64,000 bases of DNA from a virus (Duplodnaviria; Caudoviricetes). Positions 56,634 through 64,000 of the stretch are shown here, piece by piece; the first letter of the stretch is position 1, and every line of letters begins with the position of its first letter. The stretch lies in IMG/VR virus record IMGVR_UViG_3300025889_000070. The stretch is one strand, 5' to 3'. The position numbers and the translations under genes were made by a program. The notes beneath the pieces were generated by a model. That model was not told the origin of the DNA. It searched no databases and saw only the letters and a program-made list of their open reading frames with translations.

Positions 56634-59600
56634 ATGGCATTAGTATCTCCAGGCGTAGAAGTTACAGTAATTGATGAAAGTAACTATGTTGCTAACGAAG
56701 CAGGAACAGTAGCAGCAATTATTGTAGCGACAGCGCAAGATAAAACAGCAGGTAGTGGTACAGGCACCGCTGCTGGAACAACAGCCGCTAACGCAGGCAA
56801 AACATACCTAATCAGTAGCCAAAGGGATTTAGTAACCATATTTGGAAATCCAGCATTCTACAAGACTGGAACTGGGACTCCGATCCATGGTTATGAGATT
56901 AACGAATACGGACTTATGGCAGCGTATAGCTTACTTGGTGTAAGCAATAGAGCTTATGTTACTAGAGCAAATGTTGACTTAGCAGAACTTGCAAGTTCAA
57001 CAACCAGACCACTGGGCAGACCAAATAATGGAACTATCTGGTTTGATACTGGAACAGATACACGCTGGGGTATTTTCGAATGGAGCAAAACAGCAGGTAC
57101 GTTTACCAACAAAGTACCTACAGTAATTACAAGCACTGATGACTTATCAGTCGGCATTCCCAAAACAAGTATTGGCGCCATTGGCGACTATGCTGTAGTA
57201 GCAACTAATGTTAACAATCCAGTATACTATAAAAACCGCAGCAACGCATGGGTGCTAGTTGGTAGTTCAAGCTGGCAGGTTGCTTGGCCAGCAGTTGCAG
57301 GAACAAGCGCAAGCCCAACACTAACAAATGGTAATAGTATTGTTATTAATGGTACAACTGTTACACTTGCTGGAACAACTGTATCAGCCCTTGCAAATAG
57401 TATTAACACACAAGCTATTACTGGTGTCACTGCTGCGGTACATAGCAACAAAATAGAAATTTATGCTACAAGTTCAGCAGCAAGCGATGGATCAACAACT
57501 GATGGTAAAATTACACTAGCAAATGGCAGTGGCACAATTCTTACAGATACTGGATTGACAGCTGGCACGTACACATGCCCACTAGTTCAGCAAAGCGAGC
57601 ATTTTAATGTTCCTGAATGGAAGATCACAGACACAACACCACGACCAGCTGGCAGCGTTTGGGTCAAAACAACAGCAACTAACACTGGCGCAAGTTTTGA
57701 TGTTACTGTTTATAATTCAAGCACTGCTGCATTTGAAGCAGTAAGTGCTCCACTATATGAAAATGATCGCACAGCTAACAAGAACCTAGACACATCAGGC
57801 GGTAAAGCTATTGCTGTGGGAAGTTACTATGTACAGTATGATGTTTCAGAAAATGATACAGTAACATATAAAATTTTCCGCAGATATGCTACTGGTATCC
57901 TTGAAGTCACTGGCAATATTGATTCAGCAAACCCGCTTACCGCTAGTGAAACATTTACTATTCAGGCAAGTGCAGCAAATAGCACTACGCTTACCAGTGC
58001 AGTTACAGTTATACTAAGCGGTACCGGCCTAGCAGATATGGCAAGTGACATAAATGCTGCTAACGTAGCAAACGTTAGCGCAGAAGTAACAAGTTCTGGC
58101 TACTTAAAGATTAAACACGCACTTGGCGGTGTTATTGTTCTTAAAGACACAAGTGGTACACCACTTACAGACGCAGGTATTGTAACCGGTATTACAACTG
58201 GCCAGGTAAGAGCAGGTAATAGCAGTGACTTAATTTTAAGTAACTGGGTTGCTCCTACACACACTGCTAACTCAACTGCTCCAAACGCAGATCCTTCAGA
58301 TCAACGCTACTGGTATCATGGTGGTACTGAAGCTGATATTATGATTAGCGATGGCAGTGCCTGGAAAGGTTATTCTACTGTCACTAGTGACGCCAGAGGA
58401 TATAATTTAAGTAATACTGACCCTAACGGTGTAATTTTTAGTGCTACAGAACCTACTACACAGAGCGATGAAACTTCTCTTGTAGTTGGTGATTTGTGGA
58501 TAGACACCAGTGATTTGGAAAATTATCCTAAGCTGTATCGTTATCAAACAGTGAACAGCGAAAATCGATTTGTACTAATTGATAACACAGATCAAACAAC
58601 TGAAAATGGTATACTATTTGCTGATGCTAGATTTATGGGTAATACAAGCACAGACGTAGTAACAGGAACTCTAACGACCACCAAGAGTTTGCTATCCAAC
58701 AATACTGTTGACATCGATGCACCAAATCCAGCTCTTTATCCAAGGGGTATGCTATTGTTCAACACACGTCGTAGCAGTTACAATGTTAAAAAGTTCCGCA
58801 AAAATTACTTTAGCAGAACAAACTTTAGTGATACCACACTTTATCCAACGCTTCCAACAGAAAAGGATGCCTGGGTAACAGCAAGCGGTAATCGCAACAA
58901 TGGCAGTCCATATATGGGCCGCAAAGCAGTTCGACAAATTGTTGTAGCAGCAATGAAGTCTGCTATTGATGGCAGTGAGGAACTAAGAGAAGATATCAGA
59001 ACATTTAATGTTATTGCTGCCCCTGGATATCCAGAACTTATTCCAAACATGGTAAGCCTTAATAATGATCGTAGAAATACAGCCTTCGTGGTTGGCGACA
59101 CTAGTATGAGACTTGCGGCTACTGGCACAGCAATTACAAACTGGGCAGCTAACAACGCTAGATCTACATCAGATGGCGAAGACGGTCTTGTAACCACAGA
59201 TCCATATCTTGGTGTATTTTATCCAGCAGCCCAAACTAATGATCTAACTGGAAGTACTATTACTGTACCAGCAAGTCATATGATGCTAAGAGTTATTAGC
59301 AGAAGTGATGATCAGAGCTTCCCCTGGTTAGCGCCAGCAGGTAGCAGACGAGGCCTTGTAGACAACGTAAGCAGCATTGGTTATATCAATAGTGCTACTG
59401 GAGAATTTGTAGTTGATAACGTTAGAGAAAGTTTAAGAGATACACTTTACACTAACAAAGTCAATCCAATTACGTTCTTTAATGGTACTGGACTTATGAA
59501 CTACGGCAACAAAACAAGATCTGCTACAAGTAGTGGGATTGATCGCATTAACGTAGCAAGACTAGTTGCATATCTACGCAGGACACTACAACAAACAGCT

Positions 59601-59882
59601 CTAGGATTTATTTTTGAGCCTAACGACAAGATTACACGTGATGAGCTCAAAGAACAAGTAGAGCAGTTAATGAATGATCTAGTAGCAAAGCGTGGTATAT
59701 ACGATTACTTGGTTGTTTGTGATGAAACAAATAACACACCAACAAGAATTGATCGTAATGAGCTATATGTTGACATTGCTATTGAACCTACAAAGTCTGC
59801 GGAATTCATTTATATTCCAATTAGACTTAAGAACACAGGTGAAATTGCCAGCGGTAATATAGCAGCCGCAAATGCTGTTTAA
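56634..59882 (+). CDS. gp18: Tail sheath protein with large inserted domains
   Basis: MALVSPGVEVTVIDES, EYGL.AAY, C-terminal PWLAPAG..RG, NKVNPI, G.KT, RINVARL, FEPND..TR, IDRNEL.VDIAIEP.KS.EFIYI. Confidence 0.95.
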   Translation: MALVSPGVEVTVIDESNYVANEAGTVAAIIVATAQDKTAGSGTGTAAGTTAANAGKTYLISSQRDLVTIFGNPAFYKTGTGTPIHGYEINEYGLMAAYSLLGVSNRAYVTRANVDLAELASSTTRPLGRPNNGTIWFDTGTDTRWGIFEWSKTAGTFTNKVPTVITSTDDLSVGIPKTSIGAIGDYAVVATNVNNPVYYKNRSNAWVLVGSSSWQVAWPAVAGTSASPTLTNGNSIVINGTTVTLAGTTVSALANSINTQAITGVTAAVHSNKIEIYATSSAASDGSTTDGKITLANGSGTILTDTGLTAGTYTCPLVQQSEHFNVPEWKITDTTPRPAGSVWVKTTATNTGASFDVTVYNSSTAAFEAVSAPLYENDRTANKNLDTSGGKAIAVGSYYVQYDVSENDTVTYKIFRRYATGILEVTGNIDSANPLTASETFTIQASAANSTTLTSAVTVILSGTGLADMASDINAANVANVSAEVTSSGYLKIKHALGGVIVLKDTSGTPLTDAGIVTGITTGQVRAGNSSDLILSNWVAPTHTANSTAPNADPSDQRYWYHGGTEADIMISDGSAWKGYSTVTSDARGYNLSNTDPNGVIFSATEPTTQSDETSLVVGDLWIDTSDLENYPKLYRYQTVNSENRFVLIDNTDQTTENGILFADARFMGNTSTDVVTGTLTTTKSLLSNNTVDIDAPNPALYPRGMLLFNTRRSSYNVKKFRKNYFSRTNFSDTTLYPTLPTEKDAWVTASGNRNNGSPYMGRKAVRQIVVAAMKSAIDGSEELREDIRTFNVIAAPGYPELIPNMVSLNNDRRNTAFVVGDTSMRLAATGTAITNWAANNARSTSDGEDGLVTTDPYLGVFYPAAQTNDLTGSTITVPASHMMLRVISRSDDQSFPWLAPAGSRRGLVDNVSSIGYINSATGEFVVDNVRESLRDTLYTNKVNPITFFNGTGLMNYGNKTRSATSSGIDRINVARLVAYLRRTLQQTALGFIFEPNDKITRDELKEQVEQLMNDLVAKRGIYDYLVVCDETNNTPTRIDRNELYVDIAIEPTKSAEFIYIPIRLKNTGEIASGNIAAANAV

Positions 59883-59895
59883 CATATAAAGAAAG

Positions 59896-59939
59896 CATGA
59901 AATAATGGGGCGAAGGTAAAATTTGCCCCATTTTTCATG
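59896..59939 (+). terminator. Hairpin/terminator between sheath and tube genes
   Basis: AATGGGGCGAA-GGTAAAA-TTTGCCCCATT, extended by CATGAAA/TTTCATG; T-run. Confidence 0.8.
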
Positions 59940-59983
59940 AACACTTTCAGATAAATATCTATATAATTTAGGAGGCAGACAAA

Positions 59984-60601
59984 ATGTCAGTTTCATCACT
60001 ATTAAAATTTACTGTACCTTTAGACAGTGATCAATCAGCAAATGCACAGGGCCTACTTATGCCCAAGCTACAATATCGCTTCCGTGCTATGTTTGAAAAT
60101 CTAGGCGTGTCTACTCCACGTACAGAACTTACAAAGCAGGTTATTGATATTACTCGTCCAAGTGTAACATTTGAAGAAATGGAAGTTCCTATTTACAACT
60201 CACGTATATATCTTGCAGGTAAACATAGTTGGGATATGTGCACAGTTAACTTCCGTGACGATGTAAACGGCAGTGTTACAAGACTGCTTGGCGAACAAGT
60301 TCAGAAACAGTTCGATGTTATGGAACAGGCAAGCGCCGCAGCAGGTATTGACTACAAGTTTATCACAAGATTTGAAGTACTTGATGGTGGTAATGGAGCA
60401 AGTACAGCTAACGTATTAGAGACCTGGGAACTATATGGCTGCTTCTTGCAGAATGTTAACTATAATAGTCTAGCATATGCTAACAACGAACCAGTTACTA
60501 TTACAGCAAGCATCCGTTTCGATAACGCAGTGCAGACACCAATTGGTGACGGTGTTGGTGCTACAGTAGCAAGAGCACTAGGCCAGACAGTAACAGGCTA
60601 A
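59984..60601 (+). CDS. gp19: Tail tube protein
   Basis: Follows sheath; PKLQYRFR...RP.VTFEE..V..YNS.IYLAGKH.W...V.FRDD...W.LYGCF...L.Y...I.FDNA. Confidence 0.85.
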   Translation: MSVSSLLKFTVPLDSDQSANAQGLLMPKLQYRFRAMFENLGVSTPRTELTKQVIDITRPSVTFEEMEVPIYNSRIYLAGKHSWDMCTVNFRDDVNGSVTRLLGEQVQKQFDVMEQASAAAGIDYKFITRFEVLDGGNGASTANVLETWELYGCFLQNVNYNSLAYANNEPVTITASIRFDNAVQTPIGDGVGATVARALGQTVTG

Positions 60602-60624
60602 TAATTATTAACCCTTTACGCATT

Positions 60625-60648
60625 AAACCTCCCACTGGGAGGTTTTTT
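60625..60648 (+). terminator. Intrinsic terminator after tube gene
   Basis: AAACCTCCC-ACT-GGGAGGTTT followed by TTT. Confidence 0.85.
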
Positions 60649-60701
60649 GTTATATTAGCATATATTTTTAACGATAAATACATAAAATATGGAGTTAGTC
60701 T

Positions 60702-62114
60702 GTGGCAAGTGTTAATAGTACATTAAAAGCATTAGCAAAAGGAGATCACATTAAAGATTTCCAGCATGCTGCTAGATTGTTTGTAGATAACAATTATGAG
60801 TTACAACCACGTTACTCACACCTGTTCCATGTTGTTTTTAATTTAACACCACAAGCAGCCCGGCTTTTTGATAATCAGGAAAAACTGGAAATAAACATGC
60901 TTGTTAAAAGCATTGATCTTCCAAGTTTTAACTTTGATGTGCAAACGCATAATCAGTACAATAGACAGGTTCATACACAACACAAGATTAACTATAGTCC
61001 TGTAACTGTGCAGTTTCATGATGATCAGAAAGACATAATAAGAAGTTTATTACATAGTTATGCTAGTTTTTACTATGCAGATTCTAGATATGCTCTTGGT
61101 GGTAGTTCTTACAGTACAAATGACAGATACTATGGCAATGCTGGAGATAGTTACGGTTTAGCAACGGGTCAGCAAAGATTTTTTAAAGACATCAGAGTTT
61201 ACAGTATGTTGCAAAAAAGATTTGCTGAATACATTCTTGTTAATCCTATTATTAATGCATTTAATCATGATAACCATAATTATGCTTCAGGAACTCTTAT
61301 GCAGCATACTATGCAGATTAACTTTGAAACTGTAAAATATGCTACGGGTTTTGTTAACAATGTTACACCCAAGGGTTTTGGAGAAGTACACTATGATAAA
61401 ACTCCAAGTCCACTGGGTGTATTTGGTAGTGGTGTGGATAACAGTATTTTCTTCCGCGGTGGATTTATTGACGCTGTTAATACTGTAGCACGAGATTTGA
61501 ACGAGGGTAATCTGTTAGGTGCTATTGCTAGAGGAGCAGTTATCTTTAATAATACAAGAGATGTAAATTTAGGCAAAGTATTAGAAAAAGATTTAACCAG
61601 AGTAATAAGCAGTGTTCTTAGAGGCAATAATCCACTAAGCGATGTAATACTGCCAAATATATTTGGTATAGATAAAGTAATTAGAGATACTGTTGGAATT
61701 AGCGGACAGCGTATAGGAGGCACTGGCGCACCTGTGGATAGAAATTTTCATGATAATTCTACCAGTGTTCCTCAAACTGTACGTAGTAATAATAACTCGG
61801 TGACTAATACTAGATTTAACCAACCCAGTAACTTTATACAAGACATTGTTGACTTAGGCTCTGCCATTTTCAGTCCAAATACAACTAGAAGTCCTGCTAG
61901 TCCTAGGCGGTTAAGTGATGGCACTTTATTTGAGCTGTTTACATCACCAAGTGATAGTAAGCAACAAAAATTAGAATTTCTAACGAATAGGATAGCACAG
62001 TTAGATAGTCAGATTAATAATCCTCCACCAGGCGGTGTTCCTATTTTTGTAATTAGAGAAAGAGACGAACTAATTCAGCGCAGAAATTTGGAATTTAATA
62101 TAGGAAGTACCTAA
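60702..62114 (+). CDS. Tube-fold paralogue with C-terminal extension (gp54/gp48-like); GTG start
   Basis: LVKSIDLPSFNFDV...NQYNR......INY.PV...FHDD resembles gp19-type folds; TAAATA at 60675-80 and GGAG SD. Confidence 0.65.
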   Translation: MASVNSTLKALAKGDHIKDFQHAARLFVDNNYELQPRYSHLFHVVFNLTPQAARLFDNQEKLEINMLVKSIDLPSFNFDVQTHNQYNRQVHTQHKINYSPVTVQFHDDQKDIIRSLLHSYASFYYADSRYALGGSSYSTNDRYYGNAGDSYGLATGQQRFFKDIRVYSMLQKRFAEYILVNPIINAFNHDNHNYASGTLMQHTMQINFETVKYATGFVNNVTPKGFGEVHYDKTPSPLGVFGSGVDNSIFFRGGFIDAVNTVARDLNEGNLLGAIARGAVIFNNTRDVNLGKVLEKDLTRVISSVLRGNNPLSDVILPNIFGIDKVIRDTVGISGQRIGGTGAPVDRNFHDNSTSVPQTVRSNNNSVTNTRFNQPSNFIQDIVDLGSAIFSPNTTRSPASPRRLSDGTLFELFTSPSDSKQQKLEFLTNRIAQLDSQINNPPPGGVPIFVIRERDELIQRRNLEFNIGST

Positions 62115-62115
62115 T

Positions 62116-62484
62116 ATGTCTCAGGATACCAGTTTACCATTGGTTAATATCAATGATGATGTAGATAGAAAAGTAAATGACTTTTTTAATACATACTTTT
62201 TGCCTAAAGCTAAAATAAATGAAAATGATTATGAATTAATAAAAAGTTTTTGTATTAGTAGAACATCAAATACTTCTGCAGCAGCAGCTCTTACAGCAGC
62301 AATTATTAATGTTATGAACGAACTTGATTTATATGCGGATGATGTTATAGACCAGTTCAAAGCAAGCTCAGACCCCAATACTATACCACTTTTTCTTAAT
62401 TTAAGCAGAAAAGGGGTGAGTTTACTGGGATACAAAAATACTAGAATTGTACCTCCCAGAGTTAAACAACAGGTTATAACCTAA
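62116..62484 (+). CDS. Hypothetical protein
   Basis: 122 aa in the late operon; TAATG overlap with the next gene. Confidence 0.7.
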   Translation: MSQDTSLPLVNINDDVDRKVNDFFNTYFLPKAKINENDYELIKSFCISRTSNTSAAAALTAAIINVMNELDLYADDVIDQFKASSDPNTIPLFLNLSRKGVSLLGYKNTRIVPPRVKQQVIT

Positions 62485-62921
62485 TGGCAAACTGGGCAAA
62501 CGGAATATATGAAGTTGTGAACACTGAGAAATACGCAGGCAACCGTAAACCACGTTATAGAAGTAGCTGGGAACATGCTTTTATGCGGTTTGCTGATAAT
62601 CATCCCAGTGTAGTGAGCTGGGCAAGTGAAGCTGTAAAGATACCCTACAGAAATCCGCTCACAGGCAAACAAAGCATATATGTTCCTGACTTTGTTATTG
62701 TATATGAAAGCAAGGGTGGCAAACGCAGAGCAGAACTTATTGAGGTAAAGCCTGAAAGTCAAACCAGGTTATCAGAAAAAACAAGACCACAAGAAAAACT
62801 ACAAATTGCTCTTAACCATGCCAAGTGGACCGCGGCGGCAGACTGGTGTAGGCTTAAAGGTCTTAATTTTAGAATTATTAATGAGTCAGATATCTTTCAT
62901 CAAGGTAAAAAGCGGCGCTAA
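62484..62921 (+). CDS. gp4: Head completion nuclease gp4-like (TnsA-like PD-(D/E)xK)
   Basis: N.EKY.G...P.YRSSWE..FM.F.D....V..WASE...IPY.NP.....Y.PDF...E.IEVKP..QT. Confidence 0.88.
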   Translation: MANWANGIYEVVNTEKYAGNRKPRYRSSWEHAFMRFADNHPSVVSWASEAVKIPYRNPLTGKQSIYVPDFVIVYESKGGKRRAELIEVKPESQTRLSEKTRPQEKLQIALNHAKWTAAADWCRLKGLNFRIINESDIFHQGKKRR

Positions 62922-62929
62922 GTATAAAC

Positions 62930-63421
62930 ATGACAAAAAAACTTGAATCCTTATTTGACTTACCAGACATAAAAGATGATTTAGATTATAGTGCTAGCGG
63001 AATTGACACAGAAGCAACAGCGGATGATTTGCCTGCTATACAAAATACACTAGAAGCAGTGGATAAGATTGATGCAGCCTTGCCTACTATCCGTGACCTG
63101 GAAACCAGTGACAAAGATTTAGATGACATAGCTGATACAGCAAAACAAACGTTTCAGGATCTTATGGATCTGGGCATGAATGTAGAAGCACGTTTTGCTG
63201 GAGAAATATTTAACAATGCTAGTAGAATGCTGGATACAGCTTTAACAGCAAAAACAAATAAAATAAATAAAAAACTTAAAATGGTAGAGCTACAATTAAA
63301 GAAAGCCCACCTGGATCTTAAAAAGAGTGATGTTACTTATGGACAAGACATTAGTGACGGAGACGGCGTAGTGCTGGATAGGAACACTCTCCTACAGGAA
63401 ATTTTAGGCAAAAATAGCTAA
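62930..63421 (+). CDS. Probable terminase small subunit, gp16-like
   Basis: Acidic N-terminus, helical core DLMDLGMNVEARFAGEIF..A..ML..A...K.NK; position after gp4. Not confirmed. Confidence 0.5.
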   Translation: MTKKLESLFDLPDIKDDLDYSASGIDTEATADDLPAIQNTLEAVDKIDAALPTIRDLETSDKDLDDIADTAKQTFQDLMDLGMNVEARFAGEIFNNASRMLDTALTAKTNKINKKLKMVELQLKKAHLDLKKSDVTYGQDISDGDGVVLDRNTLLQEILGKNS

Positions 63422-63433
63422 ATATAATATAGG

Positions 63434-63943
63434 ATGATTGCTATGAAAAGTTTGAAAACATATCTAATGGAAGCCGAAACAACCTATCAGTTTAGGTTAA
63501 AAGTAGCTTGTGAGTGTAATGAAGAAACTCTGGATAAGCTAGAAACAGCTCTAGAAAAGTATGAGCTTAAGAGTTTAAGTAAGCCAAAGCGTACACCAAT
63601 CCAGGAGCATCCCACAGATTTTCAAACACTCAGTAACGCAGAAGTTCATATCATGGATGCTGAAGTACAGTATCCAGTAACTGCTTATCAACTATATGAA
63701 TATATTAGTCAGGTAGTTGGTATTCCAGCTAGTCACCTAGTTGTTATTAACAAAGATCATCCAGAAGAGATTGCTCGTGAAGAAGCTCTCAAAGAGGAAG
63801 GTGACGAATATGTTACCAAACTTGATGATGCCGATTACAAAGATGCAGACAGCGTAAAAGTTGAGGATCATTTCGGCGACAAGTACAACGAGAATATGTT
63901 GAAAGACTTAGAAACTCGTAAATATGAATTCGCAAAGGAATAG
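63434..63943 (+). CDS. Hypothetical late protein (possible start 63443)
   Basis: TAAATA at 63419-24, SD AGGA; acidic C-terminus. Confidence 0.7.
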   Translation: MIAMKSLKTYLMEAETTYQFRLKVACECNEETLDKLETALEKYELKSLSKPKRTPIQEHPTDFQTLSNAEVHIMDAEVQYPVTAYQLYEYISQVVGIPASHLVVINKDHPEEIAREEALKEEGDEYVTKLDDADYKDADSVKVEDHFGDKYNENMLKDLETRKYEFAKE

Positions 63944-63947
63944 ATCA

Positions 63948-64000
63948 ATGCATATGATTGACGTAATGAACAAACTTAAAGAAATCGCTGAAAGCGGTTA
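63948..64000 (+). CDS. Start of next gene (partial)
   Basis: AAGGA SD, ATG 63948 (MHMIDVMNKLKEIAESG...), open to the window end. Confidence 0.6.
   Translation, partial: MHMIDVMNKLKEIAESG

Overview
This window is a 64-kb slice of a large, AT-rich, T4-superfamily myovirus (probably a jumbo phage). It holds most of the virion morphogenesis genes: baseplate (gp6-, gp25-, gp5-, gp53-, gp26-like), tape measure, portal gp20, protease gp21, scaffold gp22, major capsid gp23, neck gp13/gp14, gp15, sheath gp18, tube gp19, gp4 and a probable gp16. It also holds a ~19-kb cluster of modular fibre/adhesin genes, a gp55-like late sigma factor and the gp47/gp46 nuclease. Accessory genes are wedged into the core operons: two radical SAM proteins, an SGNH-like protein, a signal-peptide-bearing HtrA/DegP protease, two GT/Maf-like paralogues, a Nudix hydrolase and a dNMP kinase. 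Late promoters (TAAATA) and sigma70-type promoters with a TGCTA-type -10 element are readable by eye. The most interesting unexplained signals are: (1) a ~310-nt densely base-paired, pseudoknot-capable non-coding region starting at the stop codon of a short GIY-YIG nuclease gene and followed by GNA-type hairpins; (2) an apparent AUU start codon for gp14; (3) a 90-nt tRNA-like element with a non-canonical anticodon arm under an early promoter; (4) a GC-rich captured fibre tip plus partner gene plus truncated holin-like remnant. All calls come from motif recognition by eye; no searches or folding programs were run.
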